Source: Candidatus Sericytochromatia bacterium (GTDB lineage Bacteria > Cyanobacteriota > Sericytochromatia > S15B-MN24 > VGJW01). Taken from it: DNA of 64,000 bases. The DNA lies in assembly GCA_035285865.1 (NCBI GenBank), contig JAYKHS010000016.1, forward strand, positions 25,695-89,694. Reading direction: 5' to 3'. Position 1 is the first letter of the stretch. Each line of letters begins with the position of its first letter. The position numbers were made by a program, and so were the translations under genes. Shown in pieces: positions 37,520 to 47,456 of the stretch. The notes under the pieces are model-generated. The model searched no databases. It saw only the letters and a program-made list of their open reading frames with translations, and had not been told where the DNA came from.

Positions 37520-38649
37520 TGCGACTCGGGCTATGGCTGGGCCAGTCCGAGGATGCCCGTCTGTTCCGGACGCTGCTCGAACCCACCGAGATCCAGATCG
37601 TCGATCACCCGGACCTGCATCCCGGGAACGGTTCCTGCGCCATCGATCTCGCCGTGATGGACCTGCACGCCCACAATGCCTTGTCCAGCGAAATTCACGC
37701 ATGCCGCAGCGCCGAGGCTCCGCGATTCCTGCCCGTCCTCCTGCTCGTGCATCCGGGGGAACTCTATCCGGCTTCGCGTCACCTGGGCTGCACGGCCGAC
37801 GAACTGGTCCTGACGCCCATCCGGCGCATCGAACTGCGCACCCGCGTGCACGCCCTGCTGCGGGGCAGGCAGATGTCCCTGGAGCTGGAGCGCTTGCATC
37901 GCAGCCGCGCCGAGCAGGCCTTGGAGGAAATCCAGGCCCTTCGGCATCTCGAAGCGATGCGCGACCAGTTCATCAGCAGTGTCAGCCACGAACTGCGCAC
38001 CCCGCTGACCACCATCATGGGATTTGCCGAACTGCTCGCGGACGGTCTCGCGGGACCGATGTCCGACGAGGCACGGGAGTTCGTCCTCGAGATCAAGCGT
38101 GCCGGCCATCGCATCACCAATCTGGTGGACGAACTGCTGGACGATGCGCGCCTGCAGGCGGGCACCTTCCAGGTCCACCCCGAGCCGGTGGAACCGATCT
38201 CCCGGTTGCGTGCCGTGGCCTGCAGCCTCGGCCCGCAACTCAAGACCAAGGATCTTCGCCTGGAGCTGGACCTGCCTCCCACCTGTCAGGAACTCCAGGC
38301 AGACCCCCGACGCCTGGATCAGGTGTTGCTCAACCTGCTCTCGAACGCGATTCGCCACAGCCCCGCCCACGGGGTCATCGAACTCAGGCTCATCAGCCGG
38401 GAGAGCGGCATACGGATCGAGGTCCGGGATCACGGGCCGGGCATCCGACCGGAAGACCACACCCTGCTTTTCCAGCGCTACCGCCAGATTGGCCCGACCG
38501 CGAGCGGCGGCACCGGCCTCGGACTCGCCATCGCCCGCGCGATCGTGGAAGCCCACGGCGGCCGGATCGGGGTGGAGAGCCGTCCGGGATGCGGCGCAAC
38601 TTTCTGGTTCTGGCTGCCGGGACGAGCCGCAGAGATGCACGCCGCCTGA
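37519..38649 (+). CDS. cytoplasmic sensor histidine kinase with N-terminal receiver-like domain
   Basis: SHELRTPL, NLLSNA, DHGPGI, GTGLGL boxes; TGATG overlap with the KaiC-like gene. Confidence 0.93.
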   Translation: MRLGLWLGQSEDARLFRTLLEPTEIQIVDHPDLHPGNGSCAIDLAVMDLHAHNALSSEIHACRSAEAPRFLPVLLLVHPGELYPASRHLGCTADELVLTPIRRIELRTRVHALLRGRQMSLELERLHRSRAEQALEEIQALRHLEAMRDQFISSVSHELRTPLTTIMGFAELLADGLAGPMSDEAREFVLEIKRAGHRITNLVDELLDDARLQAGTFQVHPEPVEPISRLRAVACSLGPQLKTKDLRLELDLPPTCQELQADPRRLDQVLLNLLSNAIRHSPAHGVIELRLISRESGIRIEVRDHGPGIRPEDHTLLFQRYRQIGPTASGGTGLGLAIARAIVEAHGGRIGVESRPGCGATFWFWLPGRAAEMHAA

Positions 38650-38684
38650 TCTGCCGCCCGCCTGCCTCCGAGCGATGGCCGACC

Positions 38685-39203
38685 TCAGCGGGTAGCCGCA
38701 CCCAACTTCCGCAGAGCCATGTCGCAAGCGGACCGTACCACGAAGGTCGCGAAACGGACCTTGGCCTGCCGCAGCGGTTCGACGGCGCGCGCGTCGGCGA
38801 GTTTGCCCAGGGTTTCCGCAGCAGCCTTGGCCAACTGGGGATCATCCCCCTCCTCGAGGAAGATCCGGCAGACGTCAGGCACCAGCTCCCCGATGACGTG
38901 CCGTCCTATGGCCGTCAACACGGCGGTCCGCACGACCGACTCCCGATCGAGGAGCGCCTCGCGCAGCATCCCGAGCGTGTCCGGGTCAGCTGCGTGGTAG
39001 GCCATGACGTAGAGGCCGCGACGACGTCGCGCCTGGTCGTCGCTGCCGACTGCTTCGCGGTAGGGGTCCAGATCGGGCCATTCGCCCGCTTCCGCCACGG
39101 CCTGCACGGCCTTGAAGAACTTCTCCTCGTCGGGACGCTCGAAAAGCTCGATCATCTCGGCGGCGGGAGAACCCGCTGCAGCAGACAGAGGACGATCGGC
39201 CAC
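38685..39203 (-). CDS. HEAT-repeat protein
   Basis: LLDRESVVRTA, AAETLGKLADARAVEPL, VRSACDMAL. Confidence 0.8.
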   Translation of the reverse strand: MADRPLSAAAGSPAAEMIELFERPDEEKFFKAVQAVAEAGEWPDLDPYREAVGSDDQARRRRGLYVMAYHAADPDTLGMLREALLDRESVVRTAVLTAIGRHVIGELVPDVCRIFLEEGDDPQLAKAAAETLGKLADARAVEPLRQAKVRFATFVVRSACDMALRKLGAATR

Positions 39204-39310
39204 GTTGATTGCGCTACTCCGGCTTGGCTCGGCAACAACTATTCGTGTACCCCATACCGGGCCTGTCGTCTATCATGACCATGTCGTATCGCATCCATCG
39301 GGGAGGGTCC

Positions 39311-39949
39311 ATGGCCGGGTTCTACGCGCCTGCGTTCAGCCAGGGCTGGATCGAGGTCATCTGCGGGTCGATGTACTGCGGCAAGACCGAGGAGCTGATC
39401 CGCCGGGTCCGCAGGGCCGAGATCGCCCGCCAGAAGGTCCAGGCCTTCAAGCCGATGATCGACAACCGCTACTTCCCCGAGGACATCTCCTCGCACGGGG
39501 GTCTCAGGATGCGTGCGATCCGCGCGGAAGGTTCGGCCGAGATCCTGCCGCTCATCGAGCCAGACACCCAGATCGTGGCCCTGGACGAGGTGCAGTTCTT
39601 CGACATCGGGATGGTCGACGTCGTCCAGCAGTTGGCGGACTCGGGGCGCCGCGTCATCTGCGCGGGCCTGGACATGGACTTCAAGGGCCAGCCCTTCACG
39701 CTGATGCCCCAGTTGCTCGCCATCGCCGAGAAGGTCGAGAAGCTGACGGCCATCTGCGTCCTGTGCGGCGGCCCTGCCACACGCAGCCAGCGCCTGATCG
39801 ACGGTCGCCCTGCATCCTGGGACGATCCCATCGTCCTCGTCGGCGCCAGCGAGTCCTACGAGCCCCGGTGTCGCCAGCACCACATCGTCCCTCAGCCGGA
39901 ACAGCTGCCGCTGACCCCGCTCGAATCCCGGACGCCCGTCGCCTCCTGA
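39311..39949 (+). CDS. tdk: thymidine kinase
   Basis: [28 protein letters not shown]...YEPRCR zinc site; GGAGG RBS. Confidence 0.97.
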   Translation: MAGFYAPAFSQGWIEVICGSMYCGKTEELIRRVRRAEIARQKVQAFKPMIDNRYFPEDISSHGGLRMRAIRAEGSAEILPLIEPDTQIVALDEVQFFDIGMVDVVQQLADSGRRVICAGLDMDFKGQPFTLMPQLLAIAEKVEKLTAICVLCGGPATRSQRLIDGRPASWDDPIVLVGASESYEPRCRQHHIVPQPEQLPLTPLESRTPVAS

Positions 39950-39956
39950 GGCTGCC

Positions 39957-40859
39957 ATGCGCATCGAGGATCGCGACGCATTCCTGCTGCACCTCGAGGT
40001 CGAGCGCAACCTCTCGCCCCACACGGTGGCGGCCTATGGTCGCGATCTGGCCCAATTTCTGGACTGGCTCGGGTCAGACCCCCTGCTTGCCGACCTGAAG
40101 CGCCTGCGGGCGTGGACCCAGCAACTGGGGCGCGACGGACTCGCCCCACGCAGCCGCGAGCGCAAGATTGCCGCCATCCGGGCCTACTACCGCTATCTGG
40201 TCCGCCTGCGGGTACTGGAGAGCGATCCGACACAAGGCCTGAGGCCACCCAAGCGCCCCCAGCGCCTGCCCCGCTTCCTCGACGCCGCCCAGACCGCCGC
40301 CCTGCTGGCCGCGCCGGACCCGGGCACCCCGCAGGGCATCCGGGACCGCGCCCTGATGGCGATGCTGGATGCCTCGGGCGTACGCGTCAGCGAGCTGATT
40401 GCCCTGACCCTCGGCGCCGTCCGCACGCTGGCGCCCGATGCGGACGGGCTCGTCGAATTGCCGGTCTTCGGCAAGGGCCGCAAGGAACGCCGCGTCCTCG
40501 TCGACCCGGCCGCGTGGCAGGCCCTCGGCCGGTACCTCGAAACAGCCCGGCCGGTGCTCGCGGCGCGGGCCCTCGAGGCCAGCGAGGCGCTGTTTCTCGG
40601 GCCTTCCGGGCAGGCCCTGACCGTCCGATCGGTCCAGCGGCTGGTGGCGGCCCATGCGCGGCGCGCCGGCCTGCTGCTGCACGTGACGCCGCACATGTTG
40701 CGACATGGCTTCGCCACCCACCTGCTCGAGCGCGGGGTCGACCTGCGCAGCGTCCAGGAGCTGCTCGGCCACCAGACCCTGTCCACGACCCAGATCTACA
40801 CGCATGTGACGCAGGATCGCCTGCGCGAGGTCTACCACCGGACGCACGCCCGCCCGTGA
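39957..40859 (+). CDS. xerC: XerC/XerD-type tyrosine recombinase
   Basis: [49 protein letters not shown]. Confidence 0.92.
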   Translation: MRIEDRDAFLLHLEVERNLSPHTVAAYGRDLAQFLDWLGSDPLLADLKRLRAWTQQLGRDGLAPRSRERKIAAIRAYYRYLVRLRVLESDPTQGLRPPKRPQRLPRFLDAAQTAALLAAPDPGTPQGIRDRALMAMLDASGVRVSELIALTLGAVRTLAPDADGLVELPVFGKGRKERRVLVDPAAWQALGRYLETARPVLAARALEASEALFLGPSGQALTVRSVQRLVAAHARRAGLLLHVTPHMLRHGFATHLLERGVDLRSVQELLGHQTLSTTQIYTHVTQDRLREVYHRTHARP

Positions 40860-40903
40860 CGCGCAACCACGCGAGCAGGTCGTCGCTGGCGTAGAATCGG
40901 GCC

Positions 40904-42670
40904 ATGCCCTTCGAGCCGCCACCGTTCGAGGCCTCTGCGACCGAACGCAGTCGCCGGATCGTGCGGCTGGCGCTGGCAGGCGACATCGAGGCCTCCGCCC
41001 GACTGGCCCGCACGCAGGAAGACCCGGAAGACCGGTACCTGGACCTGGTGCTGTCGGCTGCCGCAGCAAAACAAGGCAACCAGCGCGAGGCGGCGGCGAC
41101 CTTGTGGACAGAAGCCATCTCCTGCTATCGCCCCTTGGTCGAGGAAGGTCTTTCGGGCCTGCATCTCCGTTACTTGGGCGAAGCCCTGCCCCTGCTCTCT
41201 CCCGAGGGGCAATGGGCGCTGCTGCAGGCGCTCGAGCCCGAGGTCGACGCCCTCGGGGCACTCACGGCCGCCCACGAGCCCCCGGGAGGCTTCGTGCGGA
41301 CCCTGAACGATCTCGTCTTCGGGCTGTATGGCCGTGAGCAGGGGCTCAAGGCCATTCTGGCGCATGGTGCCAGCCACCTGCTCCTGACGGACATGGCCGA
41401 GCGCCTCCCCGATGCCTCCGACATCGACGAGGCCCTGCACGCCCTGCTGCGCGCCGCGGGCGAAGATGCCCTGGGCTGGATCGAGCGGAACGTCCGGGGC
41501 GGCAGCCCGTTCACCCGGGAACAGCTCAAGCGTGCGCTGCTGCGACAGATGGTGGCCCTGACCCTGCTGGACCAGCGCGGGCACGCCATCGCCGGACTGG
41601 CCGAAACCGGTGTGCCTTGGCAAGCTATGGCGGATCTGCCGCGGCCGATGCGCCTCGAGATGCTCACCACCACGGCGGCCGTGTTGGAACGTGTCTCTCC
41701 TGCGGTGCGCGCCGCGCTGGGGCCCCTCTGGCGTTCGGCAGCGCTCGCGGAAGACTGGCGACGCGAGGGCCTGCCGCGTCGCTACGCCGGCCTCATGGCC
41801 CAACTGCTGGGGCACTTCGTGGCCGAGGTGCCGCCGTTGGCGGATGAGCTGGAATCGACCCTGGCCTGGTTCCTGGACCACAACCAGGTGCTCGACGCCG
41901 ACCAGGCCGAGGAGAGCGCACTCAGCCTGTCGGAAGCACTGGCCCGTCTGCCCGCGCCACGCCACCCGACGGGTCTCGTCGACCTGCTCGGCTGGTGCAG
42001 GCGCGAGGCCCCGAGCGTCGTGCCGCGCGTGCTTGCCGACCTGGCGGATGCGACAGACTGCCTGCCGAACGCCCATGAGCCGAACTGGCCCCGGACGCCT
42101 GCGGCGGCCTGGCGCGTCGTGCGCGAGGCTCGCGAGGCCCTGCGGCCCCGACTGGCGGCCGGAGCCCTTGAACTGGCCAAGTGGACGCTTCGGGACGCCC
42201 TCTCGGGGGATGACCCGGAGGAGCGCATCGCCGCCGCCAACCTGCTGACGAGCCACCCCGCGCCCCTCGAGGACACGACGCTTTCGGCCCTCGCCCGCAG
42301 CCTGCTGCGCGAGGCCTGGCCATCCGGCAAGGCCTCGCGGACCCTCGATCTGCTTGAGACCGACGCTCCGCCCGAGGCCTTGCCCATCCTCCTGCAGGCC
42401 GCGTGGACCGGAGAGGACGACCCCGTCCTGGCGCATGACCAAGCTCTGCGCCAGTTGCTGCCTCTGGTCGCAGCCCGGGACATTCCGCGCAGCCTGCGCA
42501 TGGCGGCCGGCTTCTCGAATCGCAACCACACCAGTTGGTTCGTGGGCCAACTGCTTGAGGGCGGGTGGCTGGGCGGCATCGCCCCCCGGGACCTCGACGA
42601 AGTCGCCCCGCACCCGTTCCTGACCGGCGCCCTGGAAATCGAACAGGCGCGCGACCGCAAGGAACCGTGA
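40904..42670 (+). CDS. hypothetical alpha-helical protein
   Basis: 588-aa Leu/Ala-rich ORF, GTGA-coupled to the next gene. Confidence 0.7.
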   Translation: MPFEPPPFEASATERSRRIVRLALAGDIEASARLARTQEDPEDRYLDLVLSAAAAKQGNQREAAATLWTEAISCYRPLVEEGLSGLHLRYLGEALPLLSPEGQWALLQALEPEVDALGALTAAHEPPGGFVRTLNDLVFGLYGREQGLKAILAHGASHLLLTDMAERLPDASDIDEALHALLRAAGEDALGWIERNVRGGSPFTREQLKRALLRQMVALTLLDQRGHAIAGLAETGVPWQAMADLPRPMRLEMLTTTAAVLERVSPAVRAALGPLWRSAALAEDWRREGLPRRYAGLMAQLLGHFVAEVPPLADELESTLAWFLDHNQVLDADQAEESALSLSEALARLPAPRHPTGLVDLLGWCRREAPSVVPRVLADLADATDCLPNAHEPNWPRTPAAAWRVVREAREALRPRLAAGALELAKWTLRDALSGDDPEERIAAANLLTSHPAPLEDTTLSALARSLLREAWPSGKASRTLDLLETDAPPEALPILLQAAWTGEDDPVLAHDQALRQLLPLVAARDIPRSLRMAAGFSNRNHTSWFVGQLLEGGWLGGIAPRDLDEVAPHPFLTGALEIEQARDRKEP

Positions 42671-45273
42671 GGGTGCGGCGAAACCTGCGGACGTGGCTCG
42701 CGATGACCGCGGGCACGCTCGTGCTCGGCGCGGTTGGCGAGGCCAGCCGGGCTCAGGACCAGGGCATCGAAGTCGTCGTGCCGGCCCCCTATGTCTGGCG
42801 CGGCGGAGCCGAGGCGCTGGAGTTCCGCACCTGGAAGTGGCATCCGACTGACGACCCGCGGCTGGCGATGCCGCGCCCCGAACCCGCGACGGGCCTTGCA
42901 CCCCCTCCGCTCCCGGGCCCCGAGCAGGCAGCAAAGGCCATCAACGACCTTCGAGGATGGCGCGATCCGGGGCCTGTCGGCTGGATGCGGCTGACGTTCA
43001 TGGTCGAGCCGGCCGGCCTCGGACAGGACACCATCCTGGCCCTTAAGGGCATCGCGGCGGATGTCGACATCCACATCAACGGCCAGCGGCTGCTGCAAGC
43101 TCGGGGTGCGGTCGACCGCCCCTGGGAGCGTGTGCTCGAAGTGCCCGTCCCGGGCAAGCTGCTGCGCGCCACGGACAACGTGCTGGCCTTGCGGCTGGAG
43201 GCATGGCCGGGCTTTCCGGGTCTCGGCTTCGTCGGCTTCCGGGGAGCGTTCGCCGCCCTGCGTCCCGAGGAGCCCGCCGCATCGGCCCGTCCCCCGGCTT
43301 GGCTCCCTGACCTGTCCTCGCCGCCCGGCGTGCCCCCGCTCGAAGCGGGAACCGGTCGACTCGGGCGTGCCGTCCTCGCCCCCCTCATGAGCTGCAGGAT
43401 GGATGCCGACAGCTGGAGTCCACTCGCCGAAGCAGGCAAGGAGGGCTGGAGCGGTCGCATCCACGCCCCGGGACAAGTGGCCCTGGACACCGTATTCGTG
43501 ACGATGCGCGGTGCGACGGGACGCATCCTCGAGCGACGCGCTTCCTCGGGCAAGGGCCTGTGGCGCGTCTACCAACCCCTGCTCGCACCCGGCTGGGTCG
43601 TCGAGGCCCTGGACGCGACGGTCTCGATCGAGATTCCCGAGGTGGCCGGAGTGTCACGCAGCGATGCATGGGGCGCCGTGGCCCAGCGGACCGGAGAGGG
43701 TCGATTGGCGCAGCTTCCCGGGACCTCGCCGTGGCTTTTGCTGGCGGGCCGACGAACCGATGTGCCCCTGCTGCTGGCCAGCGACCAGCCTCGGGTCATG
43801 GAATCGGGCATCACGACGCGAGACGGCACCATGTCCGTGCAAATCGCACCGGGGGAGCACGTGCGGGTTCTCTGGCCCGAGGGGGCGTGGCCAGCGGCCC
43901 GCGGAGGTCCCGAAGTCCCGGACGCAGCCCGGCTGGCACGTGCCCGGTTCTGGGCAGGCGCGGCCTTGCCCTGGGGCATGCATACGGTCGCGACGGGTCA
44001 CGCCCGCGACGGCACGCTGAACCTCGAGGATCGCTGGAACCACTTGCCTTTCGGCACCACGCCCGTGGCGGTCCTGGCACCGGCGCTGGGCCTGCGGGCC
44101 GGCGGCGATCACGGCCCGGCCCGGGTGCGCACCGACGCGACGGATCTCGACGTCACGACTACGGAAGGTCCTCTGCTGGGTCGAACGGGAGACCGGGTCG
44201 CTTATTCCGTACCGCCTCCCAGAAGGCAACCCGTACGCCGGCTGCCAACGGGCGGCAAGGAAAACGACACCGCCACCGGCAAGCCGCCCGCCACGGCCGG
44301 GGCAGCCGATCTGCTCGATGCGGCCGCTCGGGACACGGGGGCCCTCGTCCTGCTGGATCCGACGCGGCCCCTGACGCCTCAAGCCGCACCCCGGGAAGCG
44401 CTCGCCCGCGTCTGGCGCGAACGTGCGTGGGCACGCACCGCCGGCGAGGACGGCTTGCGCTGGATCCAGGCTTGGCTGGACGGCAGCCGCGGCCTCACGG
44501 ACGCCATTCTGGGGACTGGGCCCGTACTCGACCGCACCAGCCGCATGACGGATGCCGCCGGCATGCGCCTGCTGGGAGCCAGCGGCACGCTTGCCGAGGT
44601 CACGGCCAGCATCCTGCGCCATCAGGATCCGGCAAGCCTTCTGGTGCCGACGGGTCCCGATGGTGCCGATGCGTTCGGGACCGGCCACGCCGTCGCGGGG
44701 TGGCTGGCCATGACCGGCTCATGGCGCCTTGCCAGCGGTCGCGATGAGCCCCGCCTCAAGGCCCAGGCCGCGCGCCTGGGTCCCCTCGCCGCCGACCCCG
44801 AGGCGCGGAGCCGCTGGAGACGCGGCCTCGGCCTCGCCGACGCCACGCCGACTCCGCTGCCGCTCGGCCGCGCCGAATTGCGCGAAGGCACCGGCTGGCC
44901 ACTGGCGATGGCTCCTCCCGCGGCCGAACGCTGGCTGGCCCACCCCGACGTCAGCCCGGGCCTTCGCGAAGGCACCGACGCCGAGGCCTGGATGATGGAA
45001 GCCGCAGGACTCGACGTGCTGGCCGCCCGTCACTTGCCGGGCGAACGCCTGCTGGAACTGGCCGTCCGGGGACGGGGCACCAATCCGACCGCACGCCGCA
45101 TCGTCCTGCTGCTGCCGACTGGGGCAAGCCTGCTGGAAATGGCGCCGGCCGAGGCAGGCGTGCGCGGGAGCGCAGGGCTTTGCAACATCCGCAGGGAAGG
45201 CGGACGCCGCTTCGTGATCTTGCCGGGCTCCCTGCCCGAGGGTCCGCTGACGCTGCGCTTCCGCTATGCTTGA
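42667..45273 (+). CDS. large exported protein with N-terminal GH2-like sugar-binding jellyroll
   Basis: signal peptide; WMRLTF...DIHINGQ...NVLALRL; remainder not recognised. Confidence 0.65.
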   Translation: MRVRRNLRTWLAMTAGTLVLGAVGEASRAQDQGIEVVVPAPYVWRGGAEALEFRTWKWHPTDDPRLAMPRPEPATGLAPPPLPGPEQAAKAINDLRGWRDPGPVGWMRLTFMVEPAGLGQDTILALKGIAADVDIHINGQRLLQARGAVDRPWERVLEVPVPGKLLRATDNVLALRLEAWPGFPGLGFVGFRGAFAALRPEEPAASARPPAWLPDLSSPPGVPPLEAGTGRLGRAVLAPLMSCRMDADSWSPLAEAGKEGWSGRIHAPGQVALDTVFVTMRGATGRILERRASSGKGLWRVYQPLLAPGWVVEALDATVSIEIPEVAGVSRSDAWGAVAQRTGEGRLAQLPGTSPWLLLAGRRTDVPLLLASDQPRVMESGITTRDGTMSVQIAPGEHVRVLWPEGAWPAARGGPEVPDAARLARARFWAGAALPWGMHTVATGHARDGTLNLEDRWNHLPFGTTPVAVLAPALGLRAGGDHGPARVRTDATDLDVTTTEGPLLGRTGDRVAYSVPPPRRQPVRRLPTGGKENDTATGKPPATAGAADLLDAAARDTGALVLLDPTRPLTPQAAPREALARVWRERAWARTAGEDGLRWIQAWLDGSRGLTDAILGTGPVLDRTSRMTDAAGMRLLGASGTLAEVTASILRHQDPASLLVPTGPDGADAFGTGHAVAGWLAMTGSWRLASGRDEPRLKAQAARLGPLAADPEARSRWRRGLGLADATPTPLPLGRAELREGTGWPLAMAPPAAERWLAHPDVSPGLREGTDAEAWMMEAAGLDVLAARHLPGERLLELAVRGRGTNPTARRIVLLLPTGASLLEMAPAEAGVRGSAGLCNIRREGGRRFVILPGSLPEGPLTLRFRYA

Positions 45274-45279
45274 GAGCCG

Positions 45280-46530
45280 ATGCTCAGGCCACCCTTCGTC
45301 CTCAGGGACGTCATCCACGCGACCATCGACTTCCCGGACGATCCGCTGGGAGCCGTCGCGCTCGACGTGCTGCAGACGCGGCCCTTCCAGCGCCTGCGTC
45401 GCCTGCACCAACTCGGCCTCTCGAAACTGATCTTCCCCGGGGCCGAGCACTCGCGCTTTGCCCACAGCCTCGGTGCCTACCAGTTGGTGCGTCGGGCCAT
45501 GGCCGAACTCGACAGCAGGCGGCTGATCCCGGATCTTGCACCGACCGACCGGATGGCCCTTGGCCTGGCGGCCATGCTGCACGACCTCGGGCACGGCATC
45601 TTTTCGCACACGGCGGAGCGGATCTGGGGCTTCCACCACGAGACCATCACGGACCGGCTGATCCTCGAACACCCCGATCTGCAGGCCGTCTGGGGCCGCC
45701 ATGCCGAGGATGGCGAAGCCCTCGCGCGCCGGATCGTGGCCATCCGAGACGGCAGTGCACTCGCACCGGCCGATGCCTGGATGCATGACCTCGTCTCGAG
45801 CCAGGCCGACGTGGACCGCCTCGACTACCTGCTGCGCGACGCCTACATGACGGGCGTCCGCTACGCCGGCTTCGACCTGGACTGGCTGATGCGGCACCTG
45901 ACGCGGGCCGAGTGGCGCGGACGCAGCCGCATTGCCTTCGAGGACAAGGCCGTGGACGCTCTGGGACAAGTCCTGATGAGTCGGCTGCACATGTACAAGA
46001 ACGTCTACGAGCACCGGACGGCGCGCATCTACGACGCGATGCTGCACGGCCTGATGCTGCGCCTCGGTGGCCTGCCGCGACCCGCGCTCGATGCCGTCGG
46101 TCTCGGCTGGCTCGTCGAGCCGATGGGCGAAGACCTCGAGGCCTTCGTGGCGCGGGACGACTACGCGATGTGGGAGGCCCTGAAGCTGCTGGCGCAGGCC
46201 GACATCCCGGACCCCATCGTGCGCGAGCTGGCCGCCGATCTGCTGAGCGACCAGCGCTGGGACGGCGAACTGCATGAGGTGCCGCTGGAGACAGCCCGCT
46301 GGGATGCGGACGTGTTCCGGGCCCCCTATGCCCGAGGCCGGCTCTACGTGACCGACCCGGAGGCCCAGATCCTGCTGCGGACGCGACATGGCCTGCAGCC
46401 GCTATCCGAGGATCCGCGCGGCCTCCGCCTGCAGTACGCGGAGAGCCCGGCGATGCTGGAAATCCGGCGGCCGGCCCGCCATCCGTGGTACGCTATGGCT
46501 CCCGCCCGAAACGACAGCTTCGCCCCATGA
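45280..46530 (+). CDS. HD-domain dNTP triphosphohydrolase-like protein (YwfO/SAMHD1-like)
   Basis: RDVIH, FQRLRRLHQLG, AEHSRFAHSLG, LHDLGHGIFSH, DVDRLDYL, VYEH. Confidence 0.9.
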   Translation: MLRPPFVLRDVIHATIDFPDDPLGAVALDVLQTRPFQRLRRLHQLGLSKLIFPGAEHSRFAHSLGAYQLVRRAMAELDSRRLIPDLAPTDRMALGLAAMLHDLGHGIFSHTAERIWGFHHETITDRLILEHPDLQAVWGRHAEDGEALARRIVAIRDGSALAPADAWMHDLVSSQADVDRLDYLLRDAYMTGVRYAGFDLDWLMRHLTRAEWRGRSRIAFEDKAVDALGQVLMSRLHMYKNVYEHRTARIYDAMLHGLMLRLGGLPRPALDAVGLGWLVEPMGEDLEAFVARDDYAMWEALKLLAQADIPDPIVRELAADLLSDQRWDGELHEVPLETARWDADVFRAPYARGRLYVTDPEAQILLRTRHGLQPLSEDPRGLRLQYAESPAMLEIRRPARHPWYAMAPARNDSFAP

Positions 46531-47456
46531 ATCAGCGTCAACCCAAGCCCGAGTGGCTCAAGGTGCGGGCCCCGGGAGGGGAACGCTACCTTCATCTGAA
46601 GCGCAAGGCCCGCGAACTGGGCCTCGCCACCGTGTGCGAAGAAGCGCGTTGCCCCAACATCGGCGAATGCTGGGGAGGCGGCACGGCAACCTTCATGCTG
46701 ATGGGCGACACCTGCACCCGCGGCTGTCGTTTCTGCCACGTGAAGACCGGCCGCCCCGGCGCGCTCGACCCCGAGGAACCGAGCAAGGTCGCGGGCCTGA
46801 TCGCCGAGACCGGTCTGGACTACATCGTCCTGACCAGCGTCGACCGGGACGACCTGCCCGACGGCGGCGCAGGGCACTTTGCCGCGACCGTGCGTGCCCT
46901 GAAAGAACGGGCGCCCGAAATCCTCGTCGAGGTCCTGATCCCCGACTTCCGCGCCGTGGAAGCCGATCTGGCGACCATCGTGGCCTCCGGTCCGGACGTC
47001 GTCGCGCACAACGTCGAGACGGTCCGGCGGCTGACGCCGGGGGTCCGCGACCGCCGCGCGACCTACGACCAGAGCCTGGTGGTGCTGTCCAGCCTGAAGG
47101 CGCTGGGCGCCCGCTTCACCAAGACATCGCTGATGCTGGGCCTGGGCGAGACCCGCGCCGAGGTGGCCGAGGCCCTCGCCGATATGCGTCGGCATGGCTG
47201 CGACATCGTCACCTTCGGGCAGTACCTGCAGCCCAGCCCCAAGCATCTGGCCGTGCAGGAGTTCATCACCCCCGCGGCCTTCCGCGACTACCAAGAGATG
47301 GCCGAAGGCATGGGCTTCATGTACGTGGCCTCCGGCCCGCTCGTGCGAAGCTCCTACCGCGCCGGCGAACTGTTCCTGAAGGGTGCCATCGCCGATGGTG
47401 CCGCCGGGATGACACCGGTCTTCACCCCCCTTCCGATGCTGGAGCAGGGCGCCTGA
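46527..47456 (+). CDS. lipA: lipoyl synthase
   Basis: KPEWLK, CEEARCPNIGEC, CTRGCRFC, HNVETV, VRSSY. Confidence 0.98.
   Translation: MNQRQPKPEWLKVRAPGGERYLHLKRKARELGLATVCEEARCPNIGECWGGGTATFMLMGDTCTRGCRFCHVKTGRPGALDPEEPSKVAGLIAETGLDYIVLTSVDRDDLPDGGAGHFAATVRALKERAPEILVEVLIPDFRAVEADLATIVASGPDVVAHNVETVRRLTPGVRDRRATYDQSLVVLSSLKALGARFTKTSLMLGLGETRAEVAEALADMRRHGCDIVTFGQYLQPSPKHLAVQEFITPAAFRDYQEMAEGMGFMYVASGPLVRSSYRAGELFLKGAIADGAAGMTPVFTPLPMLEQGA

Noticed and set aside
11426..40859. Integrative element bounded by the serine recombinase and xerC
   Set aside because: The interval holds core genes (lpt, lnt, topA, trmFO, tdk); no att repeats or phage/conjugation genes; xerC looks housekeeping.
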